A stretch of DNA of 16,987 nt, taken from positions 1-16,987 of the forward strand of contig JAFGOA010000102.1 of the NCBI GenBank assembly GCA_016926735.1, given 5' to 3'. This DNA is from Promethearchaeota archaeon. GTDB lineage: Archaea; Asgardarchaeota; Lokiarchaeia; Sigyniarchaeales; SOKP01. Both the position numbers and the translations under genes were made by a program. Shown here piece after piece: positions 8,598-16,987 of the stretch (the first letter of the stretch is position 1; the number at the start of each line of letters is the position of its first letter). Under the pieces are notes generated by a model, which did no database searches, was not told the origin of the DNA, and worked only from the letters and a program-made list of their open reading frames with translations.

Positions 8598-8841
8598 ACT
8601 TATAAAGAAGAGAACTATAATGAATATTAAAATAAAAAAGAGAAAAAATTTATGATTCTTTTATTACTAATTAGCCTTCAGCCTTCTATTAGAAAAATTT
8701 CTTTCTATTATTTATGAGTATAAATAATATAAGAAAAGAATCAAAACCTATTTAACTCTCATAGACATATAATATGAAATCTTATAATATAATTTGTCTT
8801 CAAAGACTATTTTTTCGTCTAACTCAATATAAAAATAAAAA

Positions 8842-10320
8842 TTATTTTTTATCCTTTTTAAAATTCTCCGAAAAAGGTAACACCATATGATTAAGAACGA
8901 ATAATGCTCGTCTTCCTGAATTTTTTTTAGTATCGCATGCTTGAGATATATTTACAATTTTTAGGTAGTCCGGAATTCTTTCCTCTATTATATTTTTAAG
9001 GAAATTTAAAAAAAAATTATGTTTTCTCAATGAATTCACCCAAAGAAATCCATTCTTTTCATAATAATTAGGGTTTTTTTCTTTAAATCTTCTATTATGA
9101 TCATTATCATTTAAAGCAGGACCTTTCCGTTCGTAAGTCTCTGATATTAAAGGTTGTGCACAAAATAGTGCTATATTATATTCGTCAATATTTGGTTCTA
9201 AATAGATCTCAAATATAATTTCACCAAATTTTGGTTCATGTGTGAATTCTTTTTCACCATGAATTTTTATATACTCACCCAATGAAAATAATTTATCTCT
9301 AATTTCTGTATAATGCTTTATTTTCTTTATATCTTTTATTTCCACAATAAAAAGATTATTAATAACTGAATTCGAATCATTTCTTTCAAATTCAGGTATT
9401 TCAGCTATTTCAAAATAAGATTTATTTGGATTTTTTAAAAATTCTGAGACCTGATGATTACAATATTCGTATGCTTCTTTGGATATTGAGGAGGCTACAT
9501 TTCTGTTTTTATCTATTGGATCGATTATTATTAGAAAATCATTTTGAAAATGAGGAATTTTAGCCAGTTCCTCTTTTCTTCTTTTATAATAATCTAAAGG
9601 GAATTTCGGTAATTTACTAAAATTTTTAAATACTTCAATAATATTTGAAAAATGATAAATAAGGAGTTCAGAACTATAACCAATGAACCCGCCTCGCCCA
9701 ACTGGACTTTTATCACCATAGCAATGACAAGCTTTAAAAAATTGTTTTAAAAGTCTAACATTATCCTTTTGTTCAAGAGTTAAATTATTTTGAATAAATC
9801 TTCCATGCCAAGGAGAACGATCAACTGCAGTTATTGGTCCTTTTTTTTTTATGATGTCCAAATCTATTTCAAAGTATAAAACAATATCAAGTTTTATTAG
9901 AATATCTTCTTTTTTATAGTCTATTTGAACATACGGATGTTCTGCATAAGATAATTTAAAATTGAAGAAAGATTCTTGGTTTTCAAATGATTTTTTAATC
10001 CATTTGTTACAGTACATTAGGAGATCTTTTTTAATTACTTGCTTACGCTTATTTTTCGATAATCCGTTATAATTATGTTTAAAAAGAGAATAATCTAATC
10101 CAATAAATAAATCCAAATCAGAATCATATTTTAATTGAGTTTGCTTTATTCCAGTTGAACCTTGGGGTTCAATTAAGAGATATTTTATATCTAACTCTTT
10201 AGCTTTTATGTCAAGTAAATATTTTATCTTTTTAATAAGATTATCAAAAAATATTAAATCTTCTTGAATAGGTTTAATTTCTTCGAGTACATTATTAAAT
10301 ATTTCATTTATTTTGTTCAT
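8842..10320 (-). CDS. cca: Archaeal (class I) CCA-adding tRNA nucleotidyltransferase
   Basis: QGS..TQL..DSDLDLF catalytic motif, YAEHPYV, ITAVDRSPWH, VRLLKQF, GFIGYSSELLI, IIDPIDKNRNVAS, RKGP. Confidence 0.93.
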   Translation of the reverse strand: MNKINEIFNNVLEEIKPIQEDLIFFDNLIKKIKYLLDIKAKELDIKYLLIEPQGSTGIKQTQLKYDSDLDLFIGLDYSLFKHNYNGLSKNKRKQVIKKDLLMYCNKWIKKSFENQESFFNFKLSYAEHPYVQIDYKKEDILIKLDIVLYFEIDLDIIKKKGPITAVDRSPWHGRFIQNNLTLEQKDNVRLLKQFFKACHCYGDKSPVGRGGFIGYSSELLIYHFSNIIEVFKNFSKLPKFPLDYYKRRKEELAKIPHFQNDFLIIIDPIDKNRNVASSISKEAYEYCNHQVSEFLKNPNKSYFEIAEIPEFERNDSNSVINNLFIVEIKDIKKIKHYTEIRDKLFSLGEYIKIHGEKEFTHEPKFGEIIFEIYLEPNIDEYNIALFCAQPLISETYERKGPALNDNDHNRRFKEKNPNYYEKNGFLWVNSLRKHNFFLNFLKNIIEERIPDYLKIVNISQACDTKKNSGRRALFVLNHMVLPFSENFKKDKK

Positions 10321-10420
10321 AATATAAAAGATTTATAACTTAAATAACGATTTTATCTAAATTATTCACGATAAATTATATAAATATATTTATTATTTAT
10401 TATATTAAAATATTCTTTAA

Positions 10421-12238
10421 TTAAATGCCCCACCAAGCATGTTCAGTATTTCTTTTAATTTTAATATACTCCTTAAGTGCTTCTTTTTGATCTATTCTTA
10501 GTTCATTAATAAACCTTGAATTTAATTGTCTAACATGAGATTCAGGAACTGAAACAAATAAGGTTTCATCTTTATCAATATCTCTACCGATCTCAATACC
10601 ACGAATTGAGATAGCTGCTTCTCCTCCCTTATCTATTTTATCAATATTTTGACCTTTATCTTGTAGTTGATGTACTCTACCTACTTTTTTACCTTTATCA
10701 GTTATAAGAGAAACTTTTGGTTTTAAAGTTCCTGCTTCTATAGAAACTCCAAAAACAGCAGGATTAGAATTTCTGAATATATATTGAGGGTACATTTTTA
10801 ATTTTGCAGGTAAGATAAGATCTCCCAAATCTTTTGCAGTATCCTCTGCTTTTCTTGTTTCAGAATATTCAAGATAATCCTCTAATAATCTGTATATAAC
10901 ATTGTTTGTGAAAATTCTTATATGATCTATATGAGCTTGCTCTACTGCTTCAGGTAATATAGGGACGTTAAAACCTAATACTACAGAAGAATAGGGATCA
11001 AAATCTTTTACTATTTTCGCATTGATAATATCTTCTTTTTTAATTGGTCCAACGTCAGCAATACTTATTTTAACACCATTTTTTGATAAATGATTTTCTA
11101 AAGCTTCAAGTGACCCTAGTGTATCTGCTAAAAGTACTACACCTGCTTTTTCGGTTTTTATTTTAATTTTTTGAACCTCATCTTCAATATCATGATATAT
11201 TTTGTCTTCCATTTGGGGATCAATTACGCTACGGAAGGGAGAACCAGCAACTACATCATCTATATCGGGAGCAAGTATTTTAATTCCAGCAGCAGCACTC
11301 ACCATATCTACTGAATCAAATTTTTGCCTTGGATCTCTTATTTCATCTAAAGGTTTTGGTGTTAAAAGAGCCCTAATTTTTGATTTAATTGGATTCTGTA
11401 ATCCTCCAACAATAAAAGTATCTCCTTTGTTCAAAACACCATTATAGATAAGTACATCCATTGTTTTTCCATAACCTCTTTCTTTCTTAACTTCCAAAAC
11501 TACACCTTGAGCAGAACCTTCTGAAAATTGAAGATTCTCTGTTAGATATTGTTGAACTAAACCCATCAAAACCATCAATAGGGTTGAAATACCCTCCCCT
11601 GTCTTAGCACTAGTAGGGACAATTGCGATTTGTTTAGTAAAATCTTTTATTTTATCATATCTATCAATTCCTTTGAACCCCTCTTCAAGAAAATCTCCAA
11701 CCATTCTCATTATATCCCTATCTAGAAACTCTTTCACATGTTCTTTTTGTTTACCATATGTATCTAAAAAATCCGCATCGATATTTGGTTTCCATCCAGA
11801 TACTCTATCGATTTTATTTGCAGCTATTACAAAAGGTGTTTTTCTCTCTCGTAAAATCCTAACAGCTTCCCAAGTTATAGGTTGAGTCCCTGCTGTGATA
11901 TCTACAACAAGTATTGCTATATCTGCAACGGCACCTCCTCTTTTTCGTAAATTCATGAATGCTGCATGCCCAGGTGTATCAACAATTAATAATCCAGGTA
12001 ACTTTAAGTTTTTTTGAGCGAATTCTTTCTTAGATTTTTCTAAAAAGTTTTTAATATCTTCAATTGGAAAGAAGGATGCACCAATATGTTGAGTTATTCC
12101 TGCTGCTTCCCTTTTTTGAACAACAGTTCCTCTAATATAATCTAAAATAGATGTCTTCCCATGATCTATATGACCCAATATGCATGCTATTGGCGCTCTT
12201 ATGGGTTTATTAATATCAGTTGGTTGATTTTCTGTCAT
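10421..12238 (-). CDS. infB: Translation initiation factor IF-2 / aIF5B
   Basis: IRAPIACILGHIDHGKT, REAAGITQHIGA, DTPGH, NKID, SAKTGEG, ADTLGSLEAL, IYRLLEDY, FRNSNPAVFGV. SD-like AGGAG at 12248-12252. No intein. Confidence 0.97.
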   Translation of the reverse strand: MTENQPTDINKPIRAPIACILGHIDHGKTSILDYIRGTVVQKREAAGITQHIGASFFPIEDIKNFLEKSKKEFAQKNLKLPGLLIVDTPGHAAFMNLRKRGGAVADIAILVVDITAGTQPITWEAVRILRERKTPFVIAANKIDRVSGWKPNIDADFLDTYGKQKEHVKEFLDRDIMRMVGDFLEEGFKGIDRYDKIKDFTKQIAIVPTSAKTGEGISTLLMVLMGLVQQYLTENLQFSEGSAQGVVLEVKKERGYGKTMDVLIYNGVLNKGDTFIVGGLQNPIKSKIRALLTPKPLDEIRDPRQKFDSVDMVSAAAGIKILAPDIDDVVAGSPFRSVIDPQMEDKIYHDIEDEVQKIKIKTEKAGVVLLADTLGSLEALENHLSKNGVKISIADVGPIKKEDIINAKIVKDFDPYSSVVLGFNVPILPEAVEQAHIDHIRIFTNNVIYRLLEDYLEYSETRKAEDTAKDLGDLILPAKLKMYPQYIFRNSNPAVFGVSIEAGTLKPKVSLITDKGKKVGRVHQLQDKGQNIDKIDKGGEAAISIRGIEIGRDIDKDETLFVSVPESHVRQLNSRFINELRIDQKEALKEYIKIKRNTEHAWWGI

Positions 12239-12442
12239 TTAATCTTACTCCTAATGCAATAAATTCTTTATCTATATTACTATATGATTTGTTTCTGAAT
12301 AATATTTCTTATTTTTTTAGAAAGATAACTATGTGAATAGTTTAGAATTTTCCAATAGCTAATAACCTCAAAACAATATAGATATTATTTGTTAAAATTT
12401 CACAATTGTAATGAATCATATTAAAGTAATCCATATATCGAC

Positions 12443-12450
12443 TTTATAAA
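12443..12450 (+). promoter_or_regulatory. Candidate TATA box of the 7TM gene in the divergent infB/7TM intergenic region
   Basis: TTTATAAA about 40 nt upstream of the ATG at 12487. Confidence 0.3.
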
Positions 12451-12486
12451 TAAAGTATAAATATTATATGAAATTTCATATATATT

Positions 12487-13221
12487 ATGGCTTTTCAAGA
12501 TTTAGATGGTTCTCAACTTCTCCAAGGAACATTGGGTTTTATTTGGGTTTGTTTCGCTATTTTTATAGGTATTAGGATTATATTAAAAGCTATTAAGCTT
12601 AAAAGAAAGGAATTAATAACAGTAGGAATGAGTTATGTTCTGTTATCTTCAGCATGGTGGGGTATTGCAGTACAATTCATTTCATTTGGATTTTTCTCAC
12701 AATGGCTTCCAGTAGAAGCATATATATTCATTGCTAATTTTTTTATTCCCATTGCGATATTGTGTTGGATATACTCATTTACAATAATGGTTAATCCTAA
12801 GCTCACGAAAAAGTTTTTAGCTGTATTTATACCTTATAGTGTGATTTGGGAATTAATAATTATTGTATTTTGCTTTGTTGATGTGAGTGTTTTGGGTTCA
12901 ATAGACGCAAGTAATTTTGATTCTTCACATGGTCCAATTTTTAAATACATAGTAGTTGTGTCAACATTATCATTTGTGATTTCGGGAATTTATTTTTCTT
13001 TGAAATCTATGAGTTTGAATGATCCTGAAATTAAATGGAAAGGAAGATTTTTATTATTTGCATGGATTGCATTTGGATTAGGTGCAGCTTTAGATTCATT
13101 CCTTCAAGATCCTGCAGAAGGTATTATAGTCGTTATAAGATTAATTCTCATTGCTAGTGCATATCTTTATAATTTAGGTTTCTTTTTGCCTAAATTTATC
13201 AAGAAAAGACTATTATCTTGA
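12487..13221 (+). CDS. Stand-alone seven-transmembrane protein (HisKA_7TM-like sensor architecture, no output domain)
   Basis: Seven hydrophobic segments by eye. Basic loops after TM1 (KAIKLKRKE), TM3 (NPKLTKK) and TM5 (PEIKWKGR) and a basic C-tail (PKFIKKRLLS) imply N-out/C-in topology. Confidence 0.7.
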   Translation: MAFQDLDGSQLLQGTLGFIWVCFAIFIGIRIILKAIKLKRKELITVGMSYVLLSSAWWGIAVQFISFGFFSQWLPVEAYIFIANFFIPIAILCWIYSFTIMVNPKLTKKFLAVFIPYSVIWELIIIVFCFVDVSVLGSIDASNFDSSHGPIFKYIVVVSTLSFVISGIYFSLKSMSLNDPEIKWKGRFLLFAWIAFGLGAALDSFLQDPAEGIIVVIRLILIASAYLYNLGFFLPKFIKKRLLS

Positions 13222-13251
13222 AAAATTCTTTTTTTCAAGATATTTTTTTTT
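13214..13251 (+). terminator. Hairpin plus oligo-T terminator of the 7TM gene
   Basis: Perfect 12-bp inverted repeat TATCTTGAAAAA (13214-13225) / TTTTTCAAGATA (13231-13242), 5-nt loop, then T9 (13243-13251). It overlaps the TGA stop. Confidence 0.6.
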
Positions 13252-13492
13252 ATCTAATTTAATCTAATGTAGAATTTCATATTATTATCTCAACTATTAA
13301 TTGAAATTTTACAGAAAAATACCAATTTTTATAGATAATTTAAAGGTTGGAGTGAAATCTTATATAGATAGAAATTAATTTTATATGTAAGAGAATTTTA
13401 TAATTTACAATATAACATTTTTAGGATATTTGATTTGGTTCTTATTTCATAGTTTTAATTGTAAGGTTTAAAAATAAGAAAATGGGGATAAT

Positions 13493-13912
13493 ATGCCAAT
13501 GGCAAAAATATTACAGGATTTCTGGATAATTACAAAAGATGGATTAGTACTATTTAATCGTGTATTTGATCCTCAAATTGAGACTCAATTGTTTGGAGCC
13601 CTTCTAAGTGCAATAAATACCTTTGCAGAAGAAGTATCAGAAGGAGGATTATCTCATTTTCAATTGAGTAATAAACAATTTGTGTTGCTAAAAAAAAACG
13701 AAATACTATTTATAGGAAATTCTAATACAAAAGTTAAAAAAGAGAAAATAATCAATGAATTAGAAGTTATTTCTGATAAATTTTTTGAAGATTATTCTCA
13801 TTTAATAGAAAATCAAAAATGGAATGGAAATGTTACTCTTTTTTCTGATTTTGGAAAAAAAATAGAAGATGCATTTGAAGATCCAGTAAAAAGATTTTGG
13901 AAAGGTTTTTAA
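13493..13912 (+). CDS. Stand-alone longin-like domain protein (eukaryotic signature type; sybindin/AP-sigma-like fold)
   Basis: Longin beta-beta-alpha-beta-beta-beta-alpha-alpha pattern: FWIITKDGLVLF, QLFGALLSAINTFAEEV, LSHFQL, QFVLL, ILFIG, KIINELEVISDKFFEDY, WNGNVTLFSDFGKKIED. Confidence 0.78.
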   Translation: MPMAKILQDFWIITKDGLVLFNRVFDPQIETQLFGALLSAINTFAEEVSEGGLSHFQLSNKQFVLLKKNEILFIGNSNTKVKKEKIINELEVISDKFFEDYSHLIENQKWNGNVTLFSDFGKKIEDAFEDPVKRFWKGF

Positions 13913-13999
13913 TTATTCATCTATTTTTTGTTAAAATATTCCATCAGTTTTTCTCTTTTTTTAGTTAATTACTTATTTTTTAATATAAAATAGGAATTC

Positions 14000-16849
14000 T
14001 TAATTCAGATAATTTTTTAAAAATTCTGCAGTATAAGAATCTTGATTTTTTATTATATCTTCGGGAGCACCTATTGCAACAATCTTCCCCCCTTTTTCTC
14101 CTCCTTCTGGTCCTATATCAATAATATAATCTACTGCTTTAATAATTTCCATATTATGTTCAATAAGAATAACAGTATTACCTTTATCCACTAATTTTTG
14201 AAGTACTTTTAACAAAATATTTACATCATAACTTGAAAGACCTGTTGTAGGTTCATCTAAGATATAAAGGGTGTTTCCTGTACTTCTTTTTCTGAGTTCT
14301 CTTGCAATCTTTAACCTTTGGGATTCACCACCACTTAAAGTTGTTGATGATTGTCCTAACTCAAGATAACCTAAACCCACATCAACAACTGTTTTTAGAG
14401 TCTCTTTTAAACTTGGATAATTATCATAAAATTCTAAAGCTTCTTCAAAAGTCATATTTAAAATATCAGAAATTGTTTTTTCTTTATGCTTTACTTGAAG
14501 AGTTTCAGCGTTATATCGTTCACCTTTACATAAATCGCATTTTATATAGATATCAGGTAAAAAATACATTTCTTTTAAAATATATCCAGTACCACTGCAT
14601 TTCCTACAATGTCCTGATTTGGTATTAAAACTAAATCTTCCTTTATCATACCCTCTTTCCTTAGATTCAGGAAGTTGAGCAAAAAATTCTCTAATATAAT
14701 CCATTGCTTTTGTATACGTAGCTGGAACGGATCGTGGGGTTCTTCCTATAGGAGATTGATCTATATTTATAATTTTATCAATATGTTCATAACCTATAAT
14801 TTTATCAAAAGCTCCTGTTGTTAATTTATTGCTACGAGTATTGATTATATTGTGTAATCCTTTGTATAAGCATTCAATAATCAGACTAGTTTTTCCCGCT
14901 CCTGAAACCCCAGTTATGCATGTAAAAATACCTAAAGGAATTTGAATATCAATATTTTTAAGATTATTTTCTTTTACACCTTTTATTTCAAGATAGTTAT
15001 CTTTAAGTTCTCTTCTTTTCTTAGGTATTAATATTTTCTTTCTTCCAGATAAATATTTACCAGTTTCAGTATTTGATCTCATAATTTCATCTATAGTGCC
15101 AGCTGCAGATACTTCACCGCCATGAGTTCCTGCTAATGGACCAAGATCAATAATATAATCTGCATTTTTTATAACTTCATCATCATGTTCTACAACTAAA
15201 ACAGTATTACCTAAATCTCTTAGTTTTTTAAGCATATTAATAAGGCGAGAGACATCTCTTTGATGTAATCCTACTGTTGGTTCATCCAATACATATAATA
15301 CACCAACTAGAGTAGAACCTAATTGTGTAGCTAACCGAATTCTTTCAGCCTCTCCAACAGATAACGTATCTGATCTCCGACTAAGCTGAATATAATCTAA
15401 TCCTACATTATCCAGAAAACTGAGACGATCCTTTATTTCCTTAAGTACATCTTTTATAATTATGTTTTGATTAGGAGTTAAATTCAGATTATTAAAGAAT
15501 TCTATCGAATCTTTTACAGATAAAGATGTTAATTCTGCAATATTTAACCCATCAATAGTAACAGCTCTACTTTCTGGTTTTAATCTCTGTCCTTTACATT
15601 CAGGACAATCAATGCTATTCATCATATTTTCATACATATCTCTTGCTGCTTCAGAAGATGTTTCCATATATCTTCGGTGTAACATAGGAATAATTCCCTC
15701 ATATTTACGATTAGTTTGCCATGATGATATATGTTCTGATTGATATCCATTATTTGAAAATTTAAACTCAATTAATTCATTACCAGAACCATATAATAAC
15801 TTATCAAGCTTTTTTTTATCAATCTCACCTATAGGTGTTATATTTAGATCAAAATCATAATAATCAGCAACCTGCTCTAGCATTTGCCAAGAATATCCAT
15901 CATCACTTCTAAATCCAGGTATATTTTTTATTCCACTTTCTTTAATAGTAATATTTGCATCATAACCTATGATTGCTTTATAATCAAATTCCAATACTGT
16001 TCCTAATCCATGACAATAATTACAGCTACCATGGGGGATATTGAATGAAAACATCTTATGATCAATCGGAGGTAATGATATTTGACAATCCAAACAAGCA
16101 TAATGTTCTGAAAACATTTGTTCTTCTTTATTCATAATATCTATGACTACAATTCCATCTGTTAATTCTAAAGCTGTTTCAATTGAATCTGCTAATCTTT
16201 TTCTTATATTATTTTTCATTACTAATCGATCAATGATTATATTGATATTATGTTTGATATTTTTATCCATTGATATATCTTCATCAAGAGTATATTGAAT
16301 ACCATCAATTTCCACTCTCACATATCCTTGTTTTTTGAGGTCTTGTAATAAATCCTTATATTCTCCCTTTCTATCTCGTATTAAAGGAGCTTTAATAATA
16401 AATTTTTGATTTTCTTCTATTGAATTAAGTATTTGCTCTATTATCTGCTGAGGTGTTTGAGGTTTTATTTCTTTTCCACAATTTGGACAATGAGGAATAC
16501 CTATATTAGCAAATAATAATCTATAATAATCATAGATTTCAGTTACCGTCCCAACTGTACTTCTTGGATTCTTTGAAAGAGGTTTTTGCTCAATTGCTAT
16601 TGCGGGAGATAAACCTTCTATAGAATCAACATCTGGCTTATCCATTTCCCCTAGAAATTGTCTTGCATAACTGGATAATGATTCTAAAAACCTTCGTTGG
16701 CCTTCAGCATATAAAGTATCCATAGCCAGACTTGATTTACCACTTCCACTTACTCCTGTTATAACAACAAATTTATTTCGAGGTATCTTAACTTCAATAT
16801 TTTTAAGATTATTTTGACGTGCACCTTTAATAACTATGAAATCATCCAT
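14000..16849 (-). CDS. uvrA: Excinuclease ABC subunit A
   Basis: IKGARQNNLKN, GVSGSGKSSLA, AEGQRR, KPDVDSIEGLSPAIAIEQ, NPRSTVGTVTEIYDY, Zn-binding CxxC pairs, second NBD GVSGAGKT, IDQSPIGRTPRS, LSGGESQR, LDEPTTGL, IEHN. Confidence 0.98.
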   Translation of the reverse strand: MDDFIVIKGARQNNLKNIEVKIPRNKFVVITGVSGSGKSSLAMDTLYAEGQRRFLESLSSYARQFLGEMDKPDVDSIEGLSPAIAIEQKPLSKNPRSTVGTVTEIYDYYRLLFANIGIPHCPNCGKEIKPQTPQQIIEQILNSIEENQKFIIKAPLIRDRKGEYKDLLQDLKKQGYVRVEIDGIQYTLDEDISMDKNIKHNINIIIDRLVMKNNIRKRLADSIETALELTDGIVVIDIMNKEEQMFSEHYACLDCQISLPPIDHKMFSFNIPHGSCNYCHGLGTVLEFDYKAIIGYDANITIKESGIKNIPGFRSDDGYSWQMLEQVADYYDFDLNITPIGEIDKKKLDKLLYGSGNELIEFKFSNNGYQSEHISSWQTNRKYEGIIPMLHRRYMETSSEAARDMYENMMNSIDCPECKGQRLKPESRAVTIDGLNIAELTSLSVKDSIEFFNNLNLTPNQNIIIKDVLKEIKDRLSFLDNVGLDYIQLSRRSDTLSVGEAERIRLATQLGSTLVGVLYVLDEPTVGLHQRDVSRLINMLKKLRDLGNTVLVVEHDDEVIKNADYIIDLGPLAGTHGGEVSAAGTIDEIMRSNTETGKYLSGRKKILIPKKRRELKDNYLEIKGVKENNLKNIDIQIPLGIFTCITGVSGAGKTSLIIECLYKGLHNIINTRSNKLTTGAFDKIIGYEHIDKIINIDQSPIGRTPRSVPATYTKAMDYIREFFAQLPESKERGYDKGRFSFNTKSGHCRKCSGTGYILKEMYFLPDIYIKCDLCKGERYNAETLQVKHKEKTISDILNMTFEEALEFYDNYPSLKETLKTVVDVGLGYLELGQSSTTLSGGESQRLKIARELRKRSTGNTLYILDEPTTGLSSYDVNILLKVLQKLVDKGNTVILIEHNMEIIKAVDYIIDIGPEGGEKGGKIVAIGAPEDIIKNQDSYTAEFLKNYLN

Positions 16850-16987
16850 TTTCTATCAAAAAATTATTAAAATTATTATATTAAATAAAATTAAGTTTAT
16901 TTTTAAAATAAACAGAGAGACCAATTTCTATATATCAAATTTATCTTTAATTATGATTTTTATTATTTTAATTTATAATTTTGAAAT

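Noticed and set aside
8842-10320. Possible cGAS/DncV-like (CD-NTase) or OAS-like immune nucleotidyltransferase
   Set aside because: It carries CCA-specific motifs (YAEHPY, AVDRSPWH, DPxDxxRNVA) and has no CBASS effector neighbours.
11202-11885. Plus-strand ORFs 11202..11447 and 11673..11885
   Set aside because: Antisense shadows of infB.
10421-12238. Intein in aIF5B, a known intein host in some archaea
   Set aside because: Normal length (605 aa), contiguous G motifs and no splicing motifs.
12487-13221. Rhodopsin (helio-/schizorhodopsin) call for the 7TM protein
   Set aside because: No retinal-binding Lys in TM7 (IIVVIRLILIASAYLYNLGFF) and no rhodopsin TM3 motif.
13219-13492. Selenocysteine or readthrough at the 7TM TGA fusing it to the longin gene
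   Set aside because: The read-through frame hits TAA about 15 codons later, and the hairpin looks like a terminator rather than a SECIS.
14302-14628. 108-aa plus-strand ORF
   Set aside because: Antisense to uvrA.

Overview
AT-rich archaeal window, most consistent with an Asgard archaeon of the Lokiarchaeia type. This is inferred from the archaeal-type EF-2, aIF5B and class I CCA enzyme, a stand-alone longin-like protein, a 7TM protein and a membrane-anchored tandem wHTH protein. Gene order: disrupted small membrane-protein ORF carrying an IS200/IS605-type palindrome (left edge); HAD hydrolase (+); GT-C/GT87-like glycosyltransferase (-); membrane-anchored wHTH regulator (-); EF-2 with HTG in place of the diphthamide HRG motif (-); radical SAM/SPASM enzyme with atypical codon usage (-); CCA-adding enzyme (-); infB (-); 7TM protein and longin-like protein (+); uvrA with a degenerate first ABC signature (-). 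The best leads are the EF-2(HTG) and radical SAM neighbourhood, the 7TM + longin pair as a possible receptor-adaptor module, the 44-46 bp palindromic insertion, and the non-canonical UvrA ATPase site. No rRNA, tRNA or CRISPR array was seen.
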